Source: an uncultured bacterium
GTDB taxonomy: Bacteria; Krumholzibacteriota; Krumholzibacteriia; Krumholzibacteriales; Krumholzibacteriaceae
Assembly: GCA_963786935.1 (NCBI GenBank)
Contig: CAWBAN010000001.1
Coordinates: 32,001-96,000 of the forward strand
Length of the DNA: 64,000 nt
Direction of reading: 5' to 3'
Each line of letters begins with the position of its first letter. The first letter of the stretch is position 1. Below the pieces are notes generated by a model. The model did not search any database. It was given only the letters and a program-made list of their open reading frames with translations, and was not told where the DNA came from. The translations under genes were made by a program, and so were the position numbers. Below are positions 1 through 9,289 of the stretch, in pieces.

Positions 1-63
1 GAGCGCCGCGAGCGCGAACGAAATCGCGAGGGCGAACGCGCGCATGAAGAGGATCCGGTTCAT
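1..63 (-). CDS. 5' end of a secreted protein, truncated by the window edge
   Basis: ATG at 63 preceded by GGAGG; reads MNRILFMRAFALAISFALAAL, a typical signal peptide. Confidence 0.5.
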   Translation of the reverse strand, partial: MNRILFMRAFALAISFALAAL

Positions 64-197
64 GCCTGCCTCCCTGATTGAAAAACGTCCGAGCGTCGTG
101 GGCGCTATCCGTTTCAAGTAATCTAGCGAAAAGCCGGCCTTTCATCAATCCATAACATATGGTACTATTTCCGCGGCTCTAACGAGGAGGGATATCG

Positions 198-1772
198 TTG
201 AATGACGCATTCAAGGCTCCCTGGTTCGTGAGGGGCGACATAGACGGCTTCTTCGGGCTCGCCATCGACAACCTCATACAGTTCCTCGTGATCGCGACCC
301 TCTGCCCGCTCATCGCGGGGATTCCGGCGGAGTTCGTTTACGCCCGCGTGCTGCCGGGCGCGGCGCTCTCGATCCTCGTCGGGAATCTCTTCTACGCCTG
401 GCAGGCGCACCGGCTCGCGATACGCGAGCGGCGCCACAACGTGACGGCGCTCCCCTACGGGATCAACACGGTGAGCCTATTCGCGTATCTCATTTTCATC
501 ATGGGCCCCGTGTTTCGCGAGACGGGGAGCTGGGATCTCGCGTGGAAGGCGGGGCTCCTGGCCTGTCTCGGGAGCGGCATCATCGAGTTCAGCGGCGCGT
601 TCGTCTTTAATTTTTTGCGGCGGATCACGCCGCGCGCGGCGCTGCTGTCGACGCTCGCCGGCATCGCGATCACCTTCATCTCGATGGATTTCGCGTTCCA
701 GACTTTCGAGAAGCCGCTCATCGCGATGCTCCCGCTCGCGATCATTCTCATGCAGTATTTCGCGAAGATCCGGTTCCCGTTCGGGCTTCCCGGCGGGCTC
801 GTCGCCGTCGCGGCGGGGTCGATCCTCGCGTGGGCGCTCGGCGTCATGGACCCCGGCGCGGTGCGGGCGGCCGCGTCCGAGGTCGGCTTCAAGGCGCCGC
901 GGTTCACGGGCCCGGAGCTCTTCAGCGTTCTCAACAGCGAGTACCTCTACCGCTACCTCTCGATCATCATCCCGATGGGGCTCTTCAACGTGATCGGCTC
1001 GGTGCAGAACCTCGAGAGCGCCGAGGCGGCGGGGGACCGCTACGAGACGGTCGCGCCGCTCGCCGTGAACGGGCTCGGGAGCATGCTCGCGAGCCTCTTC
1101 GGCTCGTGCTTCCCGACGACGATCTACATCGGGCACCCCGGCTGGAAGGGGATCGGGGCGCGCACCGGCTACTCGATCCTCAACGGCGTGTTCTTCACCG
1201 CGATCGCGCTCTTCGGCTGCGTCGGGCTCATCAACAAGATCGTTCCGATGGAGGCGGGGATCGCGATCGTGCTCTGGATCGGCGTCGTCATCGGCGCGCA
1301 GGCGTTCCAGGCGACGCCGAAGGCGCACGCCCCGGCGATCGTCGTGGGGCTCTTCCCCGCGTTCGCCTCGTGGGGGATGAATCTCCTCAAGCGCGGCTAT
1401 ATGGGCGCCGGCACGACGATCAGCGCCGAGGTCGCGAAGGGGGTGCCGATCAACGGATTCATGGGAATGGCGGCGCTCGAGAGCGGATTCATCTTCACCT
1501 CGATGATTCTCGCCGCGGCGAGCGTTTTCCTCATCGAGCGCGATTTCTGCAAGGCGGCGTTCTGGTCGCTCGCGGCGGCGGCGCTCGCCTTCTTCGGCGT
1601 CATCCACTCGTACGCCTTCGTCGGGAACGAGACGGTGCAGGTGTACGGATGGGCCGTCGGCGCGAAGTTCTCGTTCGGCTATCTCTGCTTCGCCGCCGTT
1701 TTCCTGCTCTTCCATTGGTGGCAGCGGCAGCGGCGGAAGAAGGGGCTGCCGGAGGAGCTCTTGGCGGAGTAG
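198..1772 (+). CDS. NCS2/AzgA-like nucleobase permease
   Basis: Highly hydrophobic 524 aa; motifs GDIDGFFGL, TALPYGIN, ESAEAAGD, FPTTIYIGHPGWK; GAGGAGG RBS before a TTG start. Confidence 0.85.
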   Translation: MNDAFKAPWFVRGDIDGFFGLAIDNLIQFLVIATLCPLIAGIPAEFVYARVLPGAALSILVGNLFYAWQAHRLAIRERRHNVTALPYGINTVSLFAYLIFIMGPVFRETGSWDLAWKAGLLACLGSGIIEFSGAFVFNFLRRITPRAALLSTLAGIAITFISMDFAFQTFEKPLIAMLPLAIILMQYFAKIRFPFGLPGGLVAVAAGSILAWALGVMDPGAVRAAASEVGFKAPRFTGPELFSVLNSEYLYRYLSIIIPMGLFNVIGSVQNLESAEAAGDRYETVAPLAVNGLGSMLASLFGSCFPTTIYIGHPGWKGIGARTGYSILNGVFFTAIALFGCVGLINKIVPMEAGIAIVLWIGVVIGAQAFQATPKAHAPAIVVGLFPAFASWGMNLLKRGYMGAGTTISAEVAKGVPINGFMGMAALESGFIFTSMILAAASVFLIERDFCKAAFWSLAAAALAFFGVIHSYAFVGNETVQVYGWAVGAKFSFGYLCFAAVFLLFHWWQRQRRKKGLPEELLAE

Positions 1773-1870
1773 AGCTGCTCGGAGATTTCGTTGTTGAAAC
1801 CGCAGGGCTCGCGATGATATAATTATCGGTAATCAAATTCGGCGTCGCCGCGTTCCAGAGGGGAGAGGGT

Positions 1871-3712
1871 ATGCTTCCCGGACCTCCGGAGCTGGAAAAA
1901 CGGTGCCGCCGGTTCCTGGAAGGCAAGGGGGACGCCGTCGCTCCCCTTCTTTGTTTTCTGGGGAGCGATCGCGATGCGCGGGCCGGCTCGGGAGCCTGGG
2001 CGGCCGTCATCGTTTCGAGAATATTCCTTCTCAAGGGGAACGTTCCGCTCGCGCATTGCTATCTGCGGATCGCGGCCGCTCGCTCCAACGAGGCCTGCGA
2101 CGCGGCGCTCCGCCTCGGGATTCTCGTCAACAAGGCGCTCATACTCAAGGCACAAGGAAATGTTTCACGGGCGGCGGAGCTCCTCCGCGCCGTCGTGGAC
2201 CGCGCGCTGCGCGAAGGCGAGACGTTCGTCGCGGCGAAGGCGGCGGCGAATCTCGCGCTGTGCCTCGCTCGCAGCGGCGCGGTGGATGCCGATTCGTATT
2301 TGGGGCTCGCCGAGAGGGCCTATTCCGCCGCGGGCTACGAGACGGGACTCGTTCGATTGAGCATGATCCGGGCGCTCGTCGAGGCGAAGCGCGGATCGCG
2401 CGACGACGCCGTCGAGAGGACCAGCGCCGCGCTTCGGGCATGCGGGGAGGAACGTTTCGCGCGCGAGCGCGCGATCGGCACGCTGCTCCTCGCGGAGCTG
2501 TTTCTCGAGAATGGCGATCTCCCGGCGGCGCGGGAGGCGCTCGACAGGGCGGGCTCGATGAAGGAGGCGTTCGAGCTCTTCGGGCCGCAGCGGCTCACGC
2601 TGCGCCGCCTCGAGGCCGATTTCGATCGAATGTCGGGGAGGGCGCATGAATCATTCGATGATGGCCGCGCGGGCGCCGGCTGCATCGCGCGGGAGGCGTC
2701 GCCGGGCGCGCGTTTCGATGTGCCGCCGGCGCTCAAGGTCATGCAATCGCATCGCCGCGAGGCGGCCGCCGATATCGCCGAGACGTTCCTCACATGCGAT
2801 CCCCGCACGGCGCGCATGCTCGCGGAGATCGAGCGCGCGGCGCCACTTCCCGTTCCAATTCTCATCGAAGGCGAGTCGGGCACCGGCAAGGAGCTTGTCG
2901 CGAGGCTCGTGCACGCATGGAGCAGGAGGGAGCGAGAGCCTTTCGTGCCGGTGAACGCGGCCGCCATCCCCGCGGAGCTCTTCGAGAGCATGGCGTTCGG
3001 GCACGCGCGGGGCGCCTTCACCGGCGCTGTGGACGTTCGCGCCGGCTTCGCCGCGGCGGCCGGGCGCGGCACGCTTTTCCTCGACGAGATCGGGGAGCTC
3101 CCGCCCGCGCTTCAGGCGAAGCTCCTGCGCCTCATCGACCGGCGCGAGTACATTCCTCTCGGCGAAACGAAGCCGAGACGGTTCGAGGCCCGGATCGTGG
3201 CCGCGACGAATCGGGATCTCAGGGCCGACTGCGCGGCGGGACGGTTTCGAGGCGATCTCTACTACCGCCTCGCGCCGCTCGCCTTCAGAATCCCGCCGCT
3301 TCGGGAGCGGCCGGCGGACATCGAACATCTCGCCCGCCGCTTCGCGGAGCGTCTTCGGACGCTTCACGGAATCGGGCCGGGGGCCCTCCACGAAAGCGCC
3401 ATCGCCGCGCTCGTGCGCCACCGGTGGCCCGGCAACGCCCGAGAGCTCGATAGCGAGATTCTCCGTGGAGCGCTCGCTGCAAGGGGAGGCGCGATCCGCG
3501 TATGCCATCTCTCCCCGGCGATCATAATGGGGGCAGCGCGGGGCGCGTCGCCTGCATGCGACGGCCTCACGGCGCAGCTGACCGCTCTCGCGCGGGACGA
3601 AATACTGCAGGCGCTCCGCGACTGCGACGGGAATCGCACGCACGCCGCGCGGCGGCTCGGCATGAAACGGACGACGCTCCTGAGCGCGATGCGGCGCCAC
3701 GGCATCGAGTAA
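1871..3712 (+). CDS. sigma54-dependent activator with N-terminal TPR-like helical repeats
   Basis: GESGTGKE Walker A, GAFTGA, LFLDEIGE Walker B, WPGNAREL, C-terminal Fis HTH; Ala/Leu-rich helical N-terminus. Confidence 0.85.
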   Translation: MLPGPPELEKRCRRFLEGKGDAVAPLLCFLGSDRDARAGSGAWAAVIVSRIFLLKGNVPLAHCYLRIAAARSNEACDAALRLGILVNKALILKAQGNVSRAAELLRAVVDRALREGETFVAAKAAANLALCLARSGAVDADSYLGLAERAYSAAGYETGLVRLSMIRALVEAKRGSRDDAVERTSAALRACGEERFARERAIGTLLLAELFLENGDLPAAREALDRAGSMKEAFELFGPQRLTLRRLEADFDRMSGRAHESFDDGRAGAGCIAREASPGARFDVPPALKVMQSHRREAAADIAETFLTCDPRTARMLAEIERAAPLPVPILIEGESGTGKELVARLVHAWSRREREPFVPVNAAAIPAELFESMAFGHARGAFTGAVDVRAGFAAAAGRGTLFLDEIGELPPALQAKLLRLIDRREYIPLGETKPRRFEARIVAATNRDLRADCAAGRFRGDLYYRLAPLAFRIPPLRERPADIEHLARRFAERLRTLHGIGPGALHESAIAALVRHRWPGNARELDSEILRGALAARGGAIRVCHLSPAIIMGAARGASPACDGLTAQLTALARDEILQALRDCDGNRTHAARRLGMKRTTLLSAMRRHGIE

Positions 3713-3798
3713 GGTTGCGCGGCTCGGCCGCCGCACGCGCTCCCGGGGCGTCCTCAAGCCCTGCTGTAAAACTTGCCCGTTCGTGCTATTATTGAAAT

Positions 3799-4473
3799 AT
3801 GATCGAGAAGCGGGTGAAGACGAACAAGGGGGAGGTGGTCCTCGCGCGGGATTTCAGCGAGGAGTACATCCGCTGCCTCGGCATGGGCGAAGGGCTCGGC
3901 GTGTTCTTCCATTACCGCTATCAGGACGCGCAGAAGACGCGCAAGATTCTCTCATCGGTAAGCGAATCGGAGGACAGCAAGGTCGCCTGCGTCGTCTCCT
4001 CGAACTGCATCGTCGGCTATGTGGCGATCGTGAGCCCCGAGCCGAACTCGCGATGGAGCGAAATCAACGAGGCGATGCTCAAGAGCTTCCCGACGCTCGC
4101 CGATCCCGTGATCCTCGAGCTCGGATCGGTCGAGATGAGCACGCCGTGGCGGGGGCTCGGGCTCTCGCGCGAGCTGCTCAAGTTCGTGTTCGATGATCCC
4201 TTCTTCGAGGACAAGATCGTCATCTCGCGGGAGCTCTCGTGGACGTGGGACCTGCGCTCGACGGGGCTCACGCCGCTCGCCTACCGGAGCAAGCTCCTCC
4301 GGCTCTTCGAGAGCGCCGGATTCCGGTACTGCGACACCGACGAGAACGAGATCGGCTATGCGGGCGAGAATATGCTCACCGCGCGGTTCGGGGAGAAAGT
4401 CCCGGCCGAGGCGGTATTCATGTTTCACGGCCTGCTCTCGAAGCGCGAGCAGCGGGGCTGGGGGTGGGGATAG
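3799..4473 (+). CDS. acuA: AcuA-like GNAT protein acetyltransferase
   Basis: ELGSVE..WRGLG acetyl-CoA motif; ELSWTWDL...YR..L...F.S.GF...DTDE...N.L.AR.G pattern matches the AcuA family. Confidence 0.75.
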   Translation: MIEKRVKTNKGEVVLARDFSEEYIRCLGMGEGLGVFFHYRYQDAQKTRKILSSVSESEDSKVACVVSSNCIVGYVAIVSPEPNSRWSEINEAMLKSFPTLADPVILELGSVEMSTPWRGLGLSRELLKFVFDDPFFEDKIVISRELSWTWDLRSTGLTPLAYRSKLLRLFESAGFRYCDTDENEIGYAGENMLTARFGEKVPAEAVFMFHGLLSKREQRGWGWG

Positions 4474-4543
4474 AGCAGGGGAGCCGCACCGGCGGGGTTG
4501 TTTCGAGTGAATCCTCAACGGTCGCCCGTCGTTCAACGAGAAG

Positions 4544-5026
4544 CTAGAGCTTGTACCCGAACTTCCTCAAGAGCCCGTGCCGCCAGGCGACGCCGTCTTC
4601 TTTCTCGACGCCCTTCGGCTTCTCGCCGTCGATGACTCCGAGGATCCCGCGCCCCTTCTCCGATTCGGCCACGATCACCTCGACGTCGTTCGCCGTCGCG
4701 CAAAAGATGCAGCACACCTCGGGGACCGCTTTCACGGCGTTGAGCATGTTGATCGGGAAGGCGTTCTGCATGAAAATGATGAATGTGTGCCCCGCGGCGA
4801 TCGCCTCGGCGTTCGTCTGCGCGAGCTCGATCATGGCGGGATCGTTCCCCGAGCAGCGGATGAGGCATGCGCCGGAGGCTTCGCAGAAGGCGAGCCCGAA
4901 CTTGATTCCCGGCACCGACGAGACGGCGACCTCGTGAAGATCCTCCACCGTTTTGATGAAGTGAGTCTGCCCGAGAATGAAGTTCACGTCCGCGGGCTTT
5001 CTGATGGGAACGCTCGAGATTTTCAT
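4544..5026 (-). CDS. adenosine-specific kinase family protein (DUF355, AMP-binding)
   Basis: NFILGQTHFIKTVEDL, FGLAFCEASG, EVCCIFCATAN, GRGILGVIDG, FGYK C-terminus. Confidence 0.85.
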   Translation of the reverse strand: MKISSVPIRKPADVNFILGQTHFIKTVEDLHEVAVSSVPGIKFGLAFCEASGACLIRCSGNDPAMIELAQTNAEAIAAGHTFIIFMQNAFPINMLNAVKAVPEVCCIFCATANDVEVIVAESEKGRGILGVIDGEKPKGVEKEDGVAWRHGLLRKFGYKL

Positions 5027-5089
5027 GCGGCCCTCCTCGATTGAAGCGCCGCGGCGGTCGGCCCGAAGCGGCCCGGCCGCGCCGCGCGA

Positions 5090-6145
5090 TCAGAGTATCT
5101 TCCAGTACGGTATCAGATTCGCCTTGAGGTAATCGATCATCGCCCGCGTCACGCGCTCGATCTTGGCGCGCTCCTCGGGCACGACGATCTTCATCTGCTC
5201 GGCGATCGAAAGCTCGAAGTTATCCCCGGTGATCCCGCGCACGATGGCGAGCCACCCCTCGGTGACGTACGCCCCATAGCCGCTCAGGAACAGGTCGAGG
5301 AGCGGGATGTTCGAGGATTTCGCCTTCTCGTGGATGCGGCGGATGAGCGTCGTCAGCTCGTCGAGGTTGAGGCCGAGGTTCGTGAGCGTGTCGGTGTAGA
5401 GCGGATCGCTCCCGCCGTTGCGGATGATAATCTCCGGCTTGAACTCGTCGATGAGGGGAAACACGATCTCGTCGAGCGCGAGGTCGTACATCCGGCCGTT
5501 CGACATCGGCGGCATCGGGATGTTCACCGTGAAGCCGGCGCCGGGGCCGACCCCGATCTCGTCCGCGAATCCCCGCCCCGGATAGAGCGTGCGCGGGTCC
5601 TGATGGATCGAGATGAACAGCACGCGCGGATCCTCGATGAAGATGTCCATCGTGCCGTTTCCCTGATGGGCGTCGGTGTCGAAGATGCAGATGCGCTCCT
5701 TCCCCTCGCGCAGGAGCACCGCGGCCGCGACGGCGACGTCGTTGAATATGCAGAATCCCTCGCCGTAATCGTGCCCGGCGTGGTGGAGCCCGCCGAGGCC
5801 GACGGCGAGCCCGGAGCGGGCGGCTTCCCGCGCCGCGGCGACCGAAGCGCCGACGATGTGCCGCGCCGCGTCGATCGAGCCGGGCAGGAGCTGCGTATCG
5901 ACCGAGAGATAGCCGCGCCGCTTCTCGAGGGAGATCACGCGGTCGATGTAGGAACGGTCGTGGACGAGCTCGAGGAGGTCGTTCCCCGCGCTCTCGGCCT
6001 GCCGGATGTCGAGCTTCGCGTAGACGGCGGGAAAGCGGCTCCGGAGCTCTTTCATGAACCGCTCGAAGCGGATTCCCTGAAAGGGGTGGCTCGGCCCGAA
6101 ATCGTACGAGGCGAAGACCGGATCGTAGAAAAACGGGATACCCAT
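5090..6145 (-). CDS. AcuC-like Zn-dependent (histone deacetylase family) deacetylase
   Basis: FGPSHP, GGLHHA, GFCIFND, DTDAHQGNGT, YPGRG motifs; start moved to MGIPFF at 6145. Confidence 0.85.
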   Translation of the reverse strand: MGIPFFYDPVFASYDFGPSHPFQGIRFERFMKELRSRFPAVYAKLDIRQAESAGNDLLELVHDRSYIDRVISLEKRRGYLSVDTQLLPGSIDAARHIVGASVAAAREAARSGLAVGLGGLHHAGHDYGEGFCIFNDVAVAAAVLLREGKERICIFDTDAHQGNGTMDIFIEDPRVLFISIHQDPRTLYPGRGFADEIGVGPGAGFTVNIPMPPMSNGRMYDLALDEIVFPLIDEFKPEIIIRNGGSDPLYTDTLTNLGLNLDELTTLIRRIHEKAKSSNIPLLDLFLSGYGAYVTEGWLAIVRGITGDNFELSIAEQMKIVVPEERAKIERVTRAMIDYLKANLIPYWKIL

Positions 6146-6236
6146 CGCGCGTCGGTCCCTCCGGGGCGCCCTGCCGGCGCCGCCCCGGGCGCCGCGCGAC
6201 GGCGCGGGCGGGAAGCAGCGGAATATTCGGCGGGCG

Positions 6237-7910
6237 CTAATGCGTCGTGATCTTGTATTTCTTGATCTTATTATGGAGATGTTGCCGCGTGACATCAAGC
6301 AGTAACGCGGCCTTGGTCACCCGCCCGCCCGTTTTTTCGAGCGTCTCGACGATGAACCGGCGCTCCACCGTCTGCATCCTCTCCTTGAGGGTCCTCCCCT
6401 CGGCGAGCCGCTCGAAGATGCCCGATTCGGGGGAGAGGTGCGGGAAATGCTCGGGGGCGAGCACGCGCGATGAGCCCGAGAGCGCCAGCGCGCGCTCGAT
6501 CGAGTTCTCGAGCTCGCGGACGTTTCCCGGCCAGGGATTGGTGAGGAGATACTTCATCGCTTCCGACGAGATCTCGACGCCGTTTTTCCCCATCTTCGTG
6601 CCGAATTTCCGCAGGAAATGCTCGGCGAGGGGGATGATGTCCTCCTGCCGCTCGCGGAGCGGCGGGATCGTGATCGGCACGACGTTGAGCCGGTAGTAGA
6701 GATCCCCGCGGAAGAGCCCCTTGCGGACATCGTCGTTGAGGTCCCGGTTCGTCGCCGCGATGACGCGCACGTCCACCTTGCGGTCGACGTTCTCGCCGAC
6801 GCGGCGCACCTCCCCTTCCTGCAGGACGCGGAGGAGCTTGACCTGCAGCGGGAGCGGCATCTCGCCGATCTCGTCGAGGAAGATCGTGCCGCCGCTCGCC
6901 GTCTCGAAGAGCCCCGCCTTGTCGCTCACGGCGCCGGTGAACGATCCCTTCTTGTGGCCGAAGAGCTCGCTCTCGAGGAGCTCCTTCGGCATCGCGCCGC
7001 AGTTGATCGCGACGAGCGGCTTGCCCTTCCGCGAGCCGTTGAGATGGATCGCGCGCGCGATGAGCTCCTTGCCCGTTCCCGTCTCTCCCTGAATGAGGAC
7101 GGTCGTCGTGTACGCGGCGACCTTCTGGATCGTGAGGAAGATCTCCTGCATCGAACGGCTCCGCCCGATGAAGCCCGAGAGCTCGTACTTGCCGGAGAGC
7201 TCCTGGCGCAGCTTCAGGTTCTCGCGCTCGAGCGCCTCCTGATCCTTGACGACCTTGCCGTGGAGCTTCGCGTTCTCCACGGCGATCGTCGCCTGCGCGG
7301 CGAACGCCGAGATGATCGACATGTCCTCCTTCGCGAAGGCGGGGGAGAGGCGGTCGCTGTCGGCGTAGATGACGCCGATGACCGATCCCTCGAGGAGGAG
7401 CGGCACGCACACGGCGCGCTTGAGCTGGAGATCGATGACGCTCTTCTGATCCTTGAAGCGGGTGTCGTCCGGGAGATCCGAGATAAAGAGCGGCTCGCCG
7501 CGATCGGCGGCGTCGTTCACGATGCTGAAGCTGATGGCGAACTCCTCCATCTCGAGAGGGCGCTTCTCGCGGTCGCGCGCCACCCTGAACTCGAGCACCC
7601 CCTGGTCGTCGGCGAGCATCAGGAATCCCCGGTTCGCGTCGGCGAGCTGGATCGTCGAGTCGATGAGCTGCTCGAGCACCTCGTCGAGGTCGAGCGTCGA
7701 GTTGAGCGCCTTCGTGATGTCCGTGAGCATCTCGAGCTTGCCGAGCCGGTGCGACATTTTCTCGAGCTCGCGCGCCGCGTTCTCTCCCGCGCGGACCGCC
7801 GCGGAGGATTCAAGGTCCTTGATATTGCTCCGCGCCTCGGCGAAGAACTCGTCGGATTTGGCAGCTCCGAGCCGGCTCTTCGGTTCGTTCTCGGACTTTC
7901 TGCTGGCCAT
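6237..7910 (-). CDS. GAF-domain sigma54-dependent activator
   Basis: GAF domain (CVPL..IGVIYAD) plus AAA+ (GETGTGKE, GSFTGA, FLDEIGE, WPGNVREL) and HTH; start at MASRK (7910). Confidence 0.9.
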   Translation of the reverse strand: MASRKSENEPKSRLGAAKSDEFFAEARSNIKDLESSAAVRAGENAARELEKMSHRLGKLEMLTDITKALNSTLDLDEVLEQLIDSTIQLADANRGFLMLADDQGVLEFRVARDREKRPLEMEEFAISFSIVNDAADRGEPLFISDLPDDTRFKDQKSVIDLQLKRAVCVPLLLEGSVIGVIYADSDRLSPAFAKEDMSIISAFAAQATIAVENAKLHGKVVKDQEALERENLKLRQELSGKYELSGFIGRSRSMQEIFLTIQKVAAYTTTVLIQGETGTGKELIARAIHLNGSRKGKPLVAINCGAMPKELLESELFGHKKGSFTGAVSDKAGLFETASGGTIFLDEIGEMPLPLQVKLLRVLQEGEVRRVGENVDRKVDVRVIAATNRDLNDDVRKGLFRGDLYYRLNVVPITIPPLRERQEDIIPLAEHFLRKFGTKMGKNGVEISSEAMKYLLTNPWPGNVRELENSIERALALSGSSRVLAPEHFPHLSPESGIFERLAEGRTLKERMQTVERRFIVETLEKTGGRVTKAALLLDVTRQHLHNKIKKYKITTH

Positions 7911-7951
7911 GGTAGGGCACCTCTGTTTCTTCAGTGTATTCCCTGTACAAG

Positions 7952-7970
7952 GTGAACGTTCACGTGAACA
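7952..7970. promoter_or_regulatory. overlapping palindromes GTGAACGTTCAC / GTTCACGTGAAC, candidate enhancer (UAS)
   Basis: Two perfect 12-bp palindromes about 100-120 bp upstream of the -24/-12-like site at 8072. Confidence 0.4.
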
Positions 7971-8071
7971 CTTTTCTCCCCGATTGAATCGGCCGGCGAG
8001 AGCCATCGGCGACCGCAGATCAGTATGTCCCGCAATGGATTGCGGCGGCGGCGCGGCCCGGCCGGCGAAAA

Positions 8072-8087
8072 CGGCACACCTCTTGTT
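8072..8087 (+). promoter_or_regulatory. sigma54-like promoter with variant -12 element
   Basis: CGGCACACCTCTTGTT = GG-N10-GT, followed by AGGAGG at 8099-8104. Confidence 0.4.
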
Positions 8088-8114
8088 CTTCCCGCTCCAG
8101 GAGGCGATGCGCAG

Positions 8115-8177
8115 ATGAGCGATGATTTCGACCGCGATCCGGATGATCCCTTCGCGGAGGATGCGGGATGCATATAA
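8115..8177 (+). CDS. putative small acidic peptide (20 aa; 39 aa ending at 8235 if one G in 8165-8167 is an error)
   Basis: AGGAGG 10 nt upstream; MSDDFDRDPDDPFAEDAGCI*. Confidence 0.3.
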   Translation: MSDDFDRDPDDPFAEDAGCI

Positions 8178-8737
8178 GGAAGGACCGGGACTACCACATC
8201 CGGCACTCGGGGAATGGGGAGAATCGCAAGCCTGACACCCCCCGGCGCTCTCACGGCGGGGCTCTTTGCTCCTGCGATTCTCCGTGCGGACTCGAAGCGA
8301 TTCACCCGGTCTTCGCTCATCTCAGCACTCGGCCTTTCGGACCGGTTGGGCGTTCGCGCCTCCGGCCCTGTTGCGGGATGACCGCCGAATTCACTGAGAA
8401 TCCAACTCTCTTCCGGGCATACGCTCGCGGTGATAGTCCCTGGTCCTTCACGAGGCGCTCTATCATCGCCTCCCGGGGGCCAGATATTTGCTTTGTTGCG
8501 TATGCGACTGGCTGCTGTTCGGTTGGATATGCATCGCATGGGGTGTGCCATATGTGCGCGCTTTCGGAGGCGCATCATAACGCATTTATTTATAATGAAA
8601 TGCACGGCTCGACCGGACGACGGCGAGATCCCGCGGACAAACCGGTGCTCGTAATTCGTCAAATTACTTTTACGGAGCGTCTTCATTATTTTCCTAAAAA
8701 GCTATTCGGTAATAGATTATATACCTGTAAACTATTT

Positions 8738-8808
8738 TTGACAACAGGAAAAGATATATTACACTGCGTGAGGCCCGCTTGACAGGCTTCGGAGGTTTCT
8801 GATAGAAT
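8738..8808 (+). promoter_or_regulatory. tandem sigma70-type promoters
   Basis: TTGACA(8738)-16-TACACT(8760) and TTGACA(8779)-18-TAGAAT(8803, preceded by TGn), in an AT-rich tract. Confidence 0.55.
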
Positions 8809-8904
8809 TAAGTAGTTGTAGTTCTGTAGGCGGCTCTCAATAGGGTTGAACGAATAACTGAATCTCCGCGTGCAATGCTCGGTCTTTTCCGGAATCGAGT
8901 CATT

Positions 8905-9270
8905 ATGGGGAATAGTATTAGAAAAATCGCGATTCTCATGGCGTCGATCATTCTTGTCGGAGCCGCTTTGACGATCCTCGCGTCGCGCGCCGAGGCCCGC
9001 GATCCGCGGGCCGGCGTCGCCGTGCCGGAGAACTACGCGCTGGGCGGCGAGCCCGGCGAGGATCCCCATTTGAAGACGATTCCGACGATCTACATTATTC
9101 AGGAATCGAATTGTTCGGGCGCGGTCGCCGGCAGCGGCCCCGTGCTGCTCGACGAATGTTCGATGAGCGCGGAGGGAACACGGGAGGGATGCGGGCGCGG
9201 TCTGGGTTCTCGGGTGAATCGGGCGTGGAGGGTGCTCCTCCGGACCTGGCTCTGGCACTTGCACCGGTAA
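8905..9270 (+). CDS. small secreted protein / putative propeptide (121 aa)
   Basis: Basic n-region, hydrophobic h-region, AEA cleavage site, acidic GGEPGEDPH core, Trp/Arg-rich C-terminal helix. Confidence 0.65.
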   Translation: MGNSIRKIAILMASIILVGAALTILASRAEARDPRAGVAVPENYALGGEPGEDPHLKTIPTIYIIQESNCSGAVAGSGPVLLDECSMSAEGTREGCGRGLGSRVNRAWRVLLRTWLWHLHR

Positions 9271-9289
9271 TTCACTGGGAATCGGATTG

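Noticed and set aside
7931..8782. ORFs of 251 aa (-) and 204 aa (+) in the intergenic region
   Set aside because: No motifs, atypical codon use, and overlap with promoter-like elements
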